Shown: positions 46,096 to 57,390, numbered from the stretch's first letter. The stretch: DNA of 64,000 nt from Desulfuromonadales bacterium (GCA_033549025.1 JAWSUS010000018.1:1-64000), one strand, 5' to 3'. Program-made: numbers and translations. The notes: generated by a model from the letters alone, not told the origin.

Positions 46096-49000
46096 CTACC
46101 CCTCCAATTCGTTGAAGCGGACGGACACCAGCTTGGATACGCCAGGCTCCTCCATGGTGACCCCGTAAAGGGTGTCGGCAATCTCCATCGTCCGCTTGTT
46201 GTGGGTAATGATAATAAATTGGGAAACCGTCGCCATTTGGCGCACCATATCGTTGAAGCGGCCGATATTGGCGTCATCGAGGGGTGCGTCAACCTCATCC
46301 AGCATACAAAAAGGCGACGGTTTGATAAGAAAAATAGAAAAGATCAGGGCGACGGCGGTCAGGGCCTTTTCGCCCCCCGACAGGAGGTTGACACTCTGCA
46401 GACGCTTCCCCGGCGGCTGCACAATGATGTCGATTCCCGTTTCGAGCAGATCTTCCTCGTCCGTCAGGGCGAGCTCGGCCTTCCCACCCAGAAAAAGCCG
46501 GGGGAAAACCTCCTGAAATTTGGCATTGACCAGATCGAAGGTCTCGCGGAAACGCTTGCGGGTCGTTCGGTTGATCTTGCTGATGGCCGTCTGCAACCCT
46601 TCCAGCGACGTTTTCAGGTCCTCCTGCTGGCGGGTCAAAAAGGTAAAACGCTCCTCCAGTTCCTGGTATTCCTCAATGGCGGTCAGATTGACTTCTCCCA
46701 TGTCGTCGATCACCCGCCGCAACTCGGCGGCCCGAGTCTGCATCGCTTCGCTGTCGGCAAGATCTTTTTCGGGAACCTCCATTTCGGCCAGATCAAGACG
46801 ATAACGGTCCAGAACCCCTTCGCGCAGATGCTCCGCCTCCATATCCAGCTCCCTGGTCTTGAGTTGCAGGCTCGACAGCGTCTCACGCAGATCGTTCAAA
46901 CGAGACCGGATGCCCTTGAGAACATCTTCATGTTCTTCAATGTGACGGGCACTTTCGTCGAAGCGTTCCTTGAGGAGGTCAAAACCCTTTTTTTCTTCTT
47001 CCCGTTTACGGAAAAGGATTTCCAGCTCGGTTCTCAGCCGGCCGCTTTCCAACTCCAGCCGCGCTCTCTCCTCTTCCGCCTCTTCCCGTTGACTGTTCAA
47101 AAGGGCCAGCCTTCCCTGCAACTCCCTCTGAAGAGCCTCAAGCCGTTCCCGACTTTTACGCGAACTTTCTTCCCGCTCGCGCAGACTGGTGACCACCACT
47201 TTCAGGGCAGTCACTTTTTCACGACTATCCTCCAGGGCGCGCTTTCGCACCTGAAGTTCTTCCTGCAGCTCGGCCAGGGACTCCTCCAGAACCGCCTTTT
47301 CCTGTTCTTTCGCCAAGTGCAGTTCATGGGCTTCGTTCTGCTGTTTTTCAAGACTTTCGCGTTCTTCGTGAAGCTGATCTTCTTCGAGACTCAGCACTTC
47401 GACGCGCTCTGTCAGGCGGGAAAAATCCTGTTTGAGACGGTTTAAATCCTTTTCGTTGTCGACGACCTTGATCTCTTTGCGATGCAGAGCGGCGCCGATA
47501 TCCCGCAGGTTTTCTTCCTCACGCGCTAGCTGTTCACGCAGATCGATTCGTTCCTGGTGCCCTTTTTCCACGCGGGCTTCGGCCTGGGCCACGACATCGA
47601 CCAGCTCTTTCATTTCCCGCTTCTTGTGCAGCAATCCTTCGTCCATGCCGGAGCTGGAGCCACCCTGCAGTTCACCCCGGAAGGTCAGAATATCCCCCTC
47701 CCTCGTCACCAGCGTGACCCCGGGATCGAGAGACTTTCCCAGCCAGGGATGCAGGCTGTCCACCAGAAAAACACCCTGCAGGAGGGATTCAACCCGGGCG
47801 GCAGCCCCGGGCGCCACCGTCACCAGGGAAAGAAGAGGCCGCCCACCCGCCACGGAAAGCGCCGGAGCGGGAGAACGGGCCGGCAGCAGAAAAGTGCAAC
47901 GGCCACCCGCTTCGCGCAGAAAGTCGAGGGCGGCCACGACATCGTCCCCGCAGTCGGCCAGCACCGCCTGCAAGCGGTCTCCGAGGACGGCTTCCACCGC
48001 CCGCTCAAACTCCGCCGACACCTCCAGAATCTCCGCCACCACGTCACCAAAGCGCTGGCGCATTTCGGGGTTTTTCAACAGGGCCTTAACGCCCCCTTCA
48101 TAGCCTTCCAGGTTGCGTTCCAGTTCTTGCAAGGATTCAAGGCGGGAACGGTGTCGATTGAGTTCTTCGCGCTGGACGAGCAGGTGATTTTCATTTTCTT
48201 CCAGTCTTCCCTTGAGGCTGCGCAGAGTTTCCTGAGAGACAACCTGCTCTTCGAGAAGAACGTCCTTTTTACGCAGAAAACCCTGCAGGGCCGACTCAAG
48301 TTCAGCGATCAAGGTCTGGGCCTGTTCCTGCTGTTCCATGAGGGTAACGGCTTCCTGACGATTGCGGCCGGTCCTCTCCTCAAGGGACTGCAGCCGGCGA
48401 CGGGCGTCCTCGTGGACATGACTCAATTGAGACAGTTGCGTGAGCAGGGCAAAAAGATCGGACCGCGTCTCTTCCAAACGGGCGGCGACACCCTGTTCGG
48501 CAAAGCCCAACTCTTCGGCCTCGGCCTCGGCCGCAGCCAGATTTTGCTTTTCCTGCTGAAGGTCGGCGCCCAGCAGGGAGCCGTTCTGGAGCAGAGAATC
48601 CTGCTCAGCGGCCACCTCTTCGAGACGCCGGCGCACCTCCTGCACCTCGGCGGCCTGACGCTCCTGCTGACGCAGCAGGTTTTCCATCTCCTTGCCGCCA
48701 AAGCCGATCTGCCCCTCAACCCGCTGAATCTCCGAAGTCAGGTGGAAAACCTTCTCCTGCCCTTCGGCCACCTCTTTTTCGACCGTCACATGGCGCAGGC
48801 GCAACTCTTCAAGGGTAAGCTCCCCCTGCTCAACCTGCGCCTTGAAGCTTTCCAACGCCCGGGACTGCTCCTGTTCTTCCTGCTGCCGGGAGTCGATTTC
48901 CTTCTTCAGGGTCTGATACCGCTGCAGCGCCAGCCTCGTCTCGAGGGATTTGAGCTCCTCTCGGCATTCCCTGAATTTCTGGGCTTTCTGGGCCTGACGC

Positions 49001-49626
49001 TTGAGACTGCCCAGCTGACGCCGAACCTCTGAAACGATATCGCCAAGCCGGAGCAGGTTCTGCCTGGTCGCCTCAATCTTGCGCAGGGCCGACTTTTTGC
49101 GCGACTTGTATTTGGTTACCCCGGCGGCTTCTTCTATGAGAAAACGGCGATCCTCCGGCTTGGAATTGAGGATCATGCCGATCTTGCCCTGTTCGATGAT
49201 GGAATAGGCGCGGGCGCCGACGCCGGTATCCATGAACAGCTCGGTGATGTCCATGAGACGACAGGGGGTTTTGTTGAGCAGATATTCGCTGTCACCGTTG
49301 CGGTACAGCCGGCGGGTGACCATGATCTCCGCGTAGTCCTTGAAGGCGGCGGGAGCCAGGCCGTCGGCATTGGAAAAGACCATGGAGACTTCGGCCATGC
49401 CATGGGGCTTGCGGGATTCGCTGCCGCCGAAAATGATGTCCTCCATCGAACGGCCCCGAAGATTCTTGGCGTTCTGCTCCCCCATGGCCCAGCGGATGGC
49501 ATCGACCACATTGCTCTTTCCGCAGCCGTTAGGCCCCAGAATGGCCGTGACCCCATCGTTGAAGTCAAGAGAGACCTTGTCAACGAAGGATTTAAACCCA
49601 AGGATATCGACCCGCTTGATTTGCAT
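46096..49626 (-). CDS. smc: Chromosome segregation protein SMC
   Basis: GFKSF, GPNGCGKSN, hinge, LSGGEK, LDEVDAPLD. Confidence 0.97.
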   Translation of the reverse strand: MQIKRVDILGFKSFVDKVSLDFNDGVTAILGPNGCGKSNVVDAIRWAMGEQNAKNLRGRSMEDIIFGGSESRKPHGMAEVSMVFSNADGLAPAAFKDYAEIMVTRRLYRNGDSEYLLNKTPCRLMDITELFMDTGVGARAYSIIEQGKIGMILNSKPEDRRFLIEEAAGVTKYKSRKKSALRKIEATRQNLLRLGDIVSEVRRQLGSLKRQAQKAQKFRECREELKSLETRLALQRYQTLKKEIDSRQQEEQEQSRALESFKAQVEQGELTLEELRLRHVTVEKEVAEGQEKVFHLTSEIQRVEGQIGFGGKEMENLLRQQERQAAEVQEVRRRLEEVAAEQDSLLQNGSLLGADLQQEKQNLAAAEAEAEELGFAEQGVAARLEETRSDLFALLTQLSQLSHVHEDARRRLQSLEERTGRNRQEAVTLMEQQEQAQTLIAELESALQGFLRKKDVLLEEQVVSQETLRSLKGRLEENENHLLVQREELNRHRSRLESLQELERNLEGYEGGVKALLKNPEMRQRFGDVVAEILEVSAEFERAVEAVLGDRLQAVLADCGDDVVAALDFLREAGGRCTFLLPARSPAPALSVAGGRPLLSLVTVAPGAAARVESLLQGVFLVDSLHPWLGKSLDPGVTLVTREGDILTFRGELQGGSSSGMDEGLLHKKREMKELVDVVAQAEARVEKGHQERIDLREQLAREEENLRDIGAALHRKEIKVVDNEKDLNRLKQDFSRLTERVEVLSLEEDQLHEERESLEKQQNEAHELHLAKEQEKAVLEESLAELQEELQVRKRALEDSREKVTALKVVVTSLREREESSRKSRERLEALQRELQGRLALLNSQREEAEEERARLELESGRLRTELEILFRKREEEKKGFDLLKERFDESARHIEEHEDVLKGIRSRLNDLRETLSSLQLKTRELDMEAEHLREGVLDRYRLDLAEMEVPEKDLADSEAMQTRAAELRRVIDDMGEVNLTAIEEYQELEERFTFLTRQQEDLKTSLEGLQTAISKINRTTRKRFRETFDLVNAKFQEVFPRLFLGGKAELALTDEEDLLETGIDIIVQPPGKRLQSVNLLSGGEKALTAVALIFSIFLIKPSPFCMLDEVDAPLDDANIGRFNDMVRQMATVSQFIIITHNKRTMEIADTLYGVTMEEPGVSKLVSVRFNELEG

Positions 49627-49831
49627 GGGGAAAGGAACCTGTCAACGATAAGGGGGAAGCCGCGCCTTAGAAATAGCGCGCCATGGTAACAAGGTATAAA
49701 AATCCTGTAAAGACCTTAAACCCGTGTGTTAAAAGAGGCCGGCAAGTTCGCGTTGACACCTTCACGCCCTCGCCACCGAAGCGGCCAACCCTTCCTTGCT
49801 TCCAGCCAGAGGCAAGGGTAAACTGTTCCTT

Positions 49832-50746
49832 ATGCCAGAGTGGATTATCACAGCCCAGGAGAACGGCATGCCGCCGCTGCACATTTTGCAGCAGCGTGTT
49901 CCGGCAGCCCCCATAGGATTTTTGCGCCAACTGCTGCGCAAAGGGGAGATATTGCGTCGGCACCCGGCCCTTACCCCGGATGCGCCCTTGAGCACCGGCG
50001 ATCGCCTGGTACTGCCCGACAGTCAGCGGCTGGGCCGCCTGCTGGAGCAGCCCCCGGAAAAGACGGTGGACATTCTGTACGAAAACGACCAGCTTCTGGT
50101 GGCTTTCAAGCCGGCGGGATTGGCCGTGCACCGGGGTGTCGGCCATGAGGAGGACAATCTGGTCTGGCGCATCGAGCGTCTGCTGAAAAGACGCAAAGCT
50201 CCCTACCAGGCGCGGCCCATTCACCGGCTTGATGTGGAAACCTCCGGTCCCGTGCTCTTTGGCAAGGGAAAAAAGGCCGCCTCCGCGCTGGGGAAGCTCT
50301 TTATGGCCGGCAAGGCCCAGAAGCACTACCTGGCTCTGGTGGCGGGACAACTTGCAGTCGAAGGGGTGCTGACCTCTCCCGTTCCGGCCAAGGGCAAACT
50401 CAAGGAGGCGGCAACATCCTTCTGCCGACTCGCTGGCAACAACCATTATTCTCTGCTGGACCTCGAACTGCACAGCGGCCGCACCCACCAGATCCGTCGA
50501 CAACTGGCCGATGCCGGACATCCTCTGGCCGGTGACCGCCGATACGGCGGGCCTTCGCTGCCGGGGCTGTCCAGACTCTTTCTGCATTGCCACCGCCTGA
50601 TACTGCCCTCGCCCGCAGGGGATTCTGTCATCTCCATCGATTCCCCCCTGCCGGATGAGTTAAAACACGTCTTGAAGACCTTGGATCTCCCCGGGCCGGA
50701 ATCCGTCAACGACACCGGTGCGAAACCCCGGGCAGCAGCCGGGTAG
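49832..50746 (+). CDS. RluA-family pseudouridine synthase
   Basis: FKPAGLAVH, IHRLDVETSG, SGRTHQIR, GDRRYG. Confidence 0.9.
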   Translation: MPEWIITAQENGMPPLHILQQRVPAAPIGFLRQLLRKGEILRRHPALTPDAPLSTGDRLVLPDSQRLGRLLEQPPEKTVDILYENDQLLVAFKPAGLAVHRGVGHEEDNLVWRIERLLKRRKAPYQARPIHRLDVETSGPVLFGKGKKAASALGKLFMAGKAQKHYLALVAGQLAVEGVLTSPVPAKGKLKEAATSFCRLAGNNHYSLLDLELHSGRTHQIRRQLADAGHPLAGDRRYGGPSLPGLSRLFLHCHRLILPSPAGDSVISIDSPLPDELKHVLKTLDLPGPESVNDTGAKPRAAAG

Positions 50747-50755
50747 CCGCCAGAG

Positions 50756-52564
50756 ATGCCCATGCCGACCAAAAGACCGGACAAGTTTTCGCTCCATCCC
50801 GCCGACACCCGCATTGCGGCCAAGATCGCCATGATTTATCTGGTCTTTGGCGCTTTCTGGATTTTTCTGTCCGACCACATCCTGGCCCTTTTCGCCACCG
50901 ACTTTTTCAGCTTAGCGCGACTGCAGACCTACAAAGGCAGCATCTATGTTGTCCTCACCTCCTTCTTTCTTTTTGGCCTGGTCCACTACTACATCCGCAA
51001 TCTGCGCCAGGGAGAGGAAGCCCTGCGTCAAGTCGTTCAGGGCGTAGCGGAATCTACGGGACCCTCCTTTTTCACTACCCTGGTGCGCCATCTCGCCGGC
51101 GCCCTCGGGGTCGATCACGCCTTCATCGGCCGCCTGGATCCGCAGGATGCTTCCCGCATCGTTACGCTCGCTTTTTTCAGCCAGGGAAGGATCTCGGACA
51201 ACTTCCACTTTGAGGTCAAAGATAGCCCGTGCGCCATGGCCCTGGAGGGGGACGTATGTTTTCACCCCCATAAAGTGCAGGAGCTTTTTCCCCAAAACAG
51301 CGCGTTACAAGATCTGAACGTGGAAAGCTATCTCGGCATGCCTCTGAGTGACAGCAGCGGCAAACCGTTTGGACTGATCGCTGTCATGCATCACCGCCCT
51401 CTGCCCAACGGCCCATTGGCCGAATCTCTCCTGCGCATTTTTGCGACCCGGGTCGCCACCGAAATTCAACGGCAGAAAGCGGAAGAGGACCTGCTGACAC
51501 AGTCCCAACAGATGCGGACGATTTTTGATTCCTTGAACACCATGATTTACGTGGCCGATCTCGAAAGCTACGAACTCCTCTACCTTAACGAATACGGCGA
51601 GAGGATTGCCGGCAAGAACTGGCAGGGAAAAACCTGCTACGAAGCTCTGCAGAGTGTGAAAGGCGGCCCCTGTGAGTTCTGCACCAACGCGCGCCTGGTC
51701 AAAGACGGCCAGCCGCAGGAGCCCTGCCGATGGGAATTCCAGAACACCCGCAACGGCCGTTGGTATCAGTGCATCGACCAAGCCATCCGCTGGACTGACG
51801 GTCGGCTGGTCCGGCTGGAAATCGCTCTGGATATCACCGAACGACTGGAGATGGAGCAACTCAAAGATCAGCTACTCTCCGCCGTCAGCCATGAAATGCA
51901 CACCCCCCTGACGGCCGTGCTGGGCTATTCGGAGTTTCTCATGGACAATGAGGTCCCCCGTGACGAGCAGCGTGAATACCTGGGCATCATCCACCAGGAA
52001 GGGGAGCGCCTCGATAGATTGATCAACAATTTCCTGCAGCTTCAGCGGGCCCAATCCCGCCAACATGGCGCTCCCGTCCCCGTCAAACCCATTGACGTCG
52101 ACCCATTGCTGCACAAAACTCTGCGCCCCTTCACCACCGGCGTCCAGAAACACCACTTTCAGATCGATTGCCCGGACAACCTCCCCCACCTGCTGGCCAA
52201 CCCCGAGGGGATACAGCAGATTCTCGAAAACCTGCTGTCAAACGCCGTCAAGTATACGCCCGAGGTCGGAACGATCACCCTGGCTGCCCGTGAAAAGGGG
52301 GAGGAGATCATTCTCAGCATCACCGACCCCGGCATTGGCATTTCAATCGAGGAACAGGAACATATCTTCGACCGCTTCTACCGCGTCGACAACAGCGATC
52401 GCCGCCAGACCAGCGGGGCAGGCCTCGGGCTGGCGCTGGTCAAAGAACTGGTGCGCGAAGGAGACGGCAGACTGTGGGTTGAGAGCACCCCGGGCCAAGG
52501 CAGTACCTTCTACGTAGCCTTCCCCGCCGCCCAAAGCGAAGCCCAATTCCCTGAGGGCAGGTAA
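50756..52564 (+). CDS. Sensor histidine kinase (TM, GAF, PAS, HisKA, HATPase)
   Basis: [34 protein letters not shown] segment ESYLGMPL. Confidence 0.9.
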   Translation: MPMPTKRPDKFSLHPADTRIAAKIAMIYLVFGAFWIFLSDHILALFATDFFSLARLQTYKGSIYVVLTSFFLFGLVHYYIRNLRQGEEALRQVVQGVAESTGPSFFTTLVRHLAGALGVDHAFIGRLDPQDASRIVTLAFFSQGRISDNFHFEVKDSPCAMALEGDVCFHPHKVQELFPQNSALQDLNVESYLGMPLSDSSGKPFGLIAVMHHRPLPNGPLAESLLRIFATRVATEIQRQKAEEDLLTQSQQMRTIFDSLNTMIYVADLESYELLYLNEYGERIAGKNWQGKTCYEALQSVKGGPCEFCTNARLVKDGQPQEPCRWEFQNTRNGRWYQCIDQAIRWTDGRLVRLEIALDITERLEMEQLKDQLLSAVSHEMHTPLTAVLGYSEFLMDNEVPRDEQREYLGIIHQEGERLDRLINNFLQLQRAQSRQHGAPVPVKPIDVDPLLHKTLRPFTTGVQKHHFQIDCPDNLPHLLANPEGIQQILENLLSNAVKYTPEVGTITLAAREKGEEIILSITDPGIGISIEEQEHIFDRFYRVDNSDRRQTSGAGLGLALVKELVREGDGRLWVESTPGQGSTFYVAFPAAQSEAQFPEGR

Positions 52565-52638
52565 AAATAAGGGGTTGCACCAGCCTGAAATCCGTTTAAA
52601 ATCACCTGTCCACTCACCTTCCATAAAAAGGCCCATGC

Positions 52639-55600
52639 ATGGCACGGCTGCGTCAACTTCTCACCATCTTCATCATTCTACTGGTCCTTTGCCTGGCCGG
52701 CATTGTCCTTTTTCTGTACACCCTCGATCTCAATACCTACCGCCGTCAACTTGAAGACACCCTGGCCGGAGCCTTGTCTCATCCCGTCCAACTGGGTGCG
52801 GCCCAGCTGGCCTTTGAGCCAGGCCCCGCCTTCAGTTTCTCCGACCTGAGCATCGGCAATGGTAACGGCGACGAAGAGATTTTGCGGGCCGAGCGCATTC
52901 TGTTCAAACTGGACCTCTGGCCTTTGCTCACAGGAAAGATTGTCTTGCGGGACATCCTGCTCGATCGTCCCCACTTTCGACATCGGCTCTCTTCGACGCC
53001 CACGGATTCCGCCCCCCAGCCCTCGTCTTCCCAGCCTTTGCGCCCCTTGCTCGATATCGGCATCCTTTCTCAGGGCAGGATACATTCCTTGACGATCGTA
53101 CAGGGGGACTTTGAATTGCTGGATCAGCGGCAGCCGGGTCACCATGTCGTTTCCGCCTTAAAGAATGTGGACTTCTACCTCGAAAACCTGGCTCCGGGCC
53201 AAACGAGCAATCTGGCCCTTAAAGGGCAGTGGCTTTATGAGGGGAACGGCGCCGACCTGTCGTTGACGGGGACCATCGGCCTGCCCGCCAACCTGGACGA
53301 CTGGCGCGAGACCTCTGTTCAGGTGACCCTCAACCTGGCTGACCTGGACGCCGAATTAATCACGGCTTTTTTCCCGGCGTCCGAGCCCTCCCTCACTGCC
53401 TCCGGGCAGACCTCTCTTCTTCTGGAGAGCTCCGGTTCTTTCAACGAAGGGATGGACTTCAGGCTTCGTCTTGGGGGCGAGGACTTTTTCCTGCAGTCGC
53501 CAGCCGTTCAAATCAGGGGCAAAGATCTCTTCCCTCTGGTCCTTTCCGGGCACTGGCTTTCCCAGAAGGGGAGTCATACCTTCTCTGATCTGCGACTGGA
53601 CGGGGGCAACCTCCACCTGCAAGGGGATGCCTCGCTGGAAGCTGCCGAAGACGGTCTGCGGCTGCAAACTTCCTGGTCCGGCAAACCCCTCCCGGTTGCC
53701 GCCATCAGCGCCTTCTTTCCCGAGGGCGAAACGGGCGCCCGTTTCGCCGACCTTCTGCAAGAGGGCAGCGTGGAACTCGCTTCCTTCACTGCATCGGCCC
53801 GCCCTGACAACACGCGGCCGACGGGCTATCGTTTTCTGGTGCAAAGCGCCCGCCTGAACATTCGGGATGGCCACCTGCGTTTACGGCCGAACCTTGACAT
53901 GACCGGACTTGCCGGCCAGATCGACCTGCAGGATGACGAACTCGCCCTGGAAGCGACTGCCAACGCGGCCGGGCACGCCTTTCGCCTGGAAGGCACCCTG
54001 CGCTTCCCCTTCTCCGTCAGCCGCCACCTTTCTCTGCAGGCGGCCGGCGCCATCGACGCCCCCTGGCTCAAGTCTGCCCTGCCCGCCCTGCGAGAGCACC
54101 CCGCCTCCCTGCAAGGGGCTGTCCCCTTTACCGTTTCAGCCGAGGGCCCCTGGGAGGATCTTGGCCTTGACGTAGGCGCTTCCCTAAATAACCTGACGAT
54201 TGACTGGCCGCGCGTTCTGTCCAAATCGGCCGAGACGGACAGTCATCTGGCACTATCGCTGCGGCACCTCCCCGCCAGCCTCACCCTGACTCAGGGCAGC
54301 CTGTCCTTGCCGACCTTGCGGATTGACCTTACGGGCGACCTGAGCACGCAAGAGGAGCGCCCTTATCACCTGGACATCCGCGGGGAGGCTCAAGATCTGG
54401 CCGAACTGCCAACGTATCTGCCTTTCCTCCAATGGCTCGCCCCCCGTGGCCGGGCGGATTTTTCCCTCCAGTTGGCCGGCGACCGGCAGGGAATTGCCTT
54501 CCGCGGCGGCGAGGCCATTGTTCAGGATGTGGGGGTCCATCTCACCCGAGTCATTCCCGATCTGACGTCCATCAACGGACGCATCCGCCTGTTTCCCGAC
54601 CACGTCATCGGACAGAACCTGACGCTGAACCTGGGAGAATCCCCGCTGGTCGCTGACGCCCGCCTGCACCGCTACGACGAGTTCCTGCTGCAGGTCGATG
54701 TCCGTGGGGAGGCGGTCAGAGCCCAGGACATTATCTTCCCCTCTGAAGTGGCCGTGCTGCATGACATTGTCGGGCGTCTGCATTTCGACCGGGAGGGTAT
54801 GGATTTCGACCCCGTCGATGTGCGCCTGGATCAGGGCACCGAGGCCCGCGTGAGCGGACGCATCCACTGGAAAGGACAGCCGAGCGTACGGTTGGACATC
54901 GCCTCGCCCAACGCCAATATCGACCAAGTGATCGCCCTCTGGCAGGACGGCTCCACCGGCAAGAAGGAAGGAAAGGAAGCCGCAGAACAGCGGTCAGGAA
55001 AACGGCGGCCGGTAGAGGTGGATATTAAAGCCCGGGCCGCCCAGGGCTCCATCGGCAATCTTCGGTTTACCGACGCCGAAGGGGACATCTGGCTCAAAGA
55101 CCGCGTACTCGGCATCTCCCCCATCCGCTTTCACGCCAAAGAAGGCTACGGCATCGGTCAGGTGCTAGTGGACAATAGTCAGGGTTCCCCTTCCCTGCTG
55201 CGCATCTCGGGCCATCTGGAGAACTTCGACGCCGCCACCATCTATCAGGAGATGCTTGAGCACCGCGGCCTGGTTACCGGCACCCTGCGCAGCGACTTTT
55301 ATCTGCAAGGGCGAACGGGCAAGGATTTTCTGGCCACTTCGCTGGGGGGGATTAATCTGGAAATCCACAAAGGGGTACTGCGTCAACTCAAGACCCTGTC
55401 CCGGGTCTTTTCCCTGCTGAATGTCTCGCAAATCTTTTCTCTGCAACTGCCGGACATGGCCGAAGAAGGCATGCCTTTCAACAAACTGCACGCCTCCATC
55501 TCCCTGGATCAGGGGGTTTTGAGCACGGAGGATCTGGTCATCGATAGCAACGCCATGAATCTTTCCCTCGTCGGCCGCTACAGCCTTATCGACGACCGTC

Positions 55601-55887
55601 TGAACCTGACTCTGGGGATCAAGCCGCTGGGGACGGTCGATAAAATCGTCTCCAGCATCCCGCTGGCCGGCTGGCTGCTGACCGGCGAGGACAAAGCTCT
55701 GGTCACCGCCCAATTCAAGGTGGAAGGCAGCGGCAAGGATCCGGAAGTCAGCGCCATCCCCATCACCTCCGTGTCGGATACGGTGCTGGGCATTTTCAAA
55801 CGCACCCTCGGCCTGCCCGGCAAAGTCATCACGGATCTGGAATCCCTGGGCACCAGCGAGACAAAAGGGGATCGAGACGGGGAATAA
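52639..55887 (+). CDS. AsmA-like family protein (YhdP/AsmA_2 type)
   Basis: N-terminal TM, long beta-rich body, C-terminal SSIPLAGWLLTG...FKVEGS..DPEV. Confidence 0.82.
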   Translation: MARLRQLLTIFIILLVLCLAGIVLFLYTLDLNTYRRQLEDTLAGALSHPVQLGAAQLAFEPGPAFSFSDLSIGNGNGDEEILRAERILFKLDLWPLLTGKIVLRDILLDRPHFRHRLSSTPTDSAPQPSSSQPLRPLLDIGILSQGRIHSLTIVQGDFELLDQRQPGHHVVSALKNVDFYLENLAPGQTSNLALKGQWLYEGNGADLSLTGTIGLPANLDDWRETSVQVTLNLADLDAELITAFFPASEPSLTASGQTSLLLESSGSFNEGMDFRLRLGGEDFFLQSPAVQIRGKDLFPLVLSGHWLSQKGSHTFSDLRLDGGNLHLQGDASLEAAEDGLRLQTSWSGKPLPVAAISAFFPEGETGARFADLLQEGSVELASFTASARPDNTRPTGYRFLVQSARLNIRDGHLRLRPNLDMTGLAGQIDLQDDELALEATANAAGHAFRLEGTLRFPFSVSRHLSLQAAGAIDAPWLKSALPALREHPASLQGAVPFTVSAEGPWEDLGLDVGASLNNLTIDWPRVLSKSAETDSHLALSLRHLPASLTLTQGSLSLPTLRIDLTGDLSTQEERPYHLDIRGEAQDLAELPTYLPFLQWLAPRGRADFSLQLAGDRQGIAFRGGEAIVQDVGVHLTRVIPDLTSINGRIRLFPDHVIGQNLTLNLGESPLVADARLHRYDEFLLQVDVRGEAVRAQDIIFPSEVAVLHDIVGRLHFDREGMDFDPVDVRLDQGTEARVSGRIHWKGQPSVRLDIASPNANIDQVIALWQDGSTGKKEGKEAAEQRSGKRRPVEVDIKARAAQGSIGNLRFTDAEGDIWLKDRVLGISPIRFHAKEGYGIGQVLVDNSQGSPSLLRISGHLENFDAATIYQEMLEHRGLVTGTLRSDFYLQGRTGKDFLATSLGGINLEIHKGVLRQLKTLSRVFSLLNVSQIFSLQLPDMAEEGMPFNKLHASISLDQGVLSTEDLVIDSNAMNLSLVGRYSLIDDRLNLTLGIKPLGTVDKIVSSIPLAGWLLTGEDKALVTAQFKVEGSGKDPEVSAIPITSVSDTVLGIFKRTLGLPGKVITDLESLGTSETKGDRDGE

Positions 55888-55903
55888 AGCACCCCGTTCC
55901 GAA

Positions 55904-56425
55904 TCACTCCACCGTCACGCCCAGCACCTTTTCCATCTGCTCCAGGGCAAAGCGGCCGTCGGCGGCCTCGATATCCGCCACGAGCTGCCGGGGCACCCGA
56001 ACCCGATAGCCCCTCATGACAGCGTCGGCTGCGGTATAAAAGATACAGATATTGGTCACGCAGCCGGTCAACACCAGTTCCTGCGCCCCCATGCCCGCCA
56101 GTACCGATTCGAGTTCCGTTTCGTAAAACCCCGAATAGGTCGTCTTTTCCACCACGGCTTCGCCTGGCAGGGGTGACAGTTCCGTTACAACCCGAGCCCC
56201 TTCGCTGCCGCGCACGGCGTGAGGCGGCCAGCCCATGCGCTCGAACTCCCGGTCATCGGGGGCGTGGGCATCGCAGACAAAGACGACGGGGACACCGTCG
56301 GCCCGGGCCTTGTTCAGCCGGGCCTGCAGTTCGGCCAGGATAAGACGGGTCTTGGGCACTTCCAGAGCAGCGCCCGGCCGCACAAAGTCGTTGAGCATGT
56401 CGATAATCAGCAGAACCTGTTTCAC
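55904..56425 (-). CDS. Isochorismatase/nicotinamidase-family cysteine hydrolase
   Basis: IIDMLNDF, DAH, WPPHA, EKTTYSGF, GCVTNIC; GTG start with GGAGG RBS. Confidence 0.9.
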   Translation of the reverse strand: MKQVLLIIDMLNDFVRPGAALEVPKTRLILAELQARLNKARADGVPVVFVCDAHAPDDREFERMGWPPHAVRGSEGARVVTELSPLPGEAVVEKTTYSGFYETELESVLAGMGAQELVLTGCVTNICIFYTAADAVMRGYRVRVPRQLVADIEAADGRFALEQMEKVLGVTVE

Positions 56426-56495
56426 ACCAGCCTCCTTCCCTTTGCCATCTCGGCATTCTGAACCTTGCACACAAGTATAGCGGTTTTGCGGCAAC

Positions 56496-56521
56496 AAAAA
56501 AGGCGGCCCGAGGGCCGCCTT
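56496..56521 (-). terminator. Intrinsic terminator after ubiE
   Basis: AAGGCGGCCC/GGGCCGCCTT stem with poly-U on the minus strand. Confidence 0.7.
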
Positions 56522-56545
56522 GATAGAGCGCATATCCAAAAGAAA

Positions 56546-57256
56546 TCAGGGGCGCACCCCGACGTAGACCGTGGCGATGCCAAAGGTGAGGTCGAAATGA
56601 CGCAGGTCGGTGAAACCAGCCTCGGCCATCATTCCCTTGAAGGTCTGCTGGTCGGGAAATTCGAGTACGGAATCGGGCAGGTATTGGTAGGCGCTGCGTT
56701 TGGAAAGCAGACCGCCGATAAAGGGCAGCACCCGTCGGAAATAGAAGTAGTAAAGGGCCTTGAACAGGCGACTGCGCGGATTCGAAAATTCAAGAATGAC
56801 GGCCCGGCCGCCCGGCTTGAGCACCCGCACCATTTCCTGCAGTCCCGCCAGGCGATCGACCACATTGCGGATGCCGAAGGCGATGGTGACGCCGTCAAAG
56901 ACGGAGGCCGGATGCGGCATGGCCTCGCAGGGCGCGTTCACCAGAAAGATGCGGTGGGCAAAGGCGGAAGCGGCGATCTTCTCCTGCCCGACACGCAGCA
57001 TGCCCTGGGTCAGGTCCTCGCCGACGATGCGCACCGAATCGGGGGTGCGGGAGGCGATCTCGAGGGCGACATCCCCCGTGCCCGTCGCCACGTCAAGAAC
57101 GCGGCCGCCCTCGGGTATCTGCAACTGTCTCACGGCAAAGGCCCGCCAGCGGCGGTCAATCCCCAGCGAGAGAAGACGATTGAGCAGATCGTAGCGGGGG
57201 GCGATGGTGTCAAACATCTCGCGGATGCCGCGCCCTTTGTCAGACAATTTGAACAT
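56546..57256 (-). CDS. ubiE: Demethylmenaquinone methyltransferase (UbiE/MenG)
   Basis: MFDTIAPRYDLLN, LDVATGTGD, FGIRNV, RVLKPGG, AYQYLPDS. Confidence 0.94.
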   Translation of the reverse strand: MFKLSDKGRGIREMFDTIAPRYDLLNRLLSLGIDRRWRAFAVRQLQIPEGGRVLDVATGTGDVALEIASRTPDSVRIVGEDLTQGMLRVGQEKIAASAFAHRIFLVNAPCEAMPHPASVFDGVTIAFGIRNVVDRLAGLQEMVRVLKPGGRAVILEFSNPRSRLFKALYYFYFRRVLPFIGGLLSKRSAYQYLPDSVLEFPDQQTFKGMMAEAGFTDLRHFDLTFGIATVYVGVRP

Positions 57257-57390
57257 AAGTCAACCTTCCATTGGCAGGGTTTTGCGGGGCAATTTTTAAC
57301 ACAACCGGCGGGGGCTGTCAGCAAAAAAACCTTTTTTCGCAGCGCCGGCGCCGCTATACTGCCCGTTCCATCGCCATTCACAAGGATCCC

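Noticed and set aside
45781..49032. 554-aa and 491-aa ORFs antisense to smc
   Set aside because: Leu/Phe-rich mirror of Glu/Lys/Gln codons in a coiled-coil gene; no domain features
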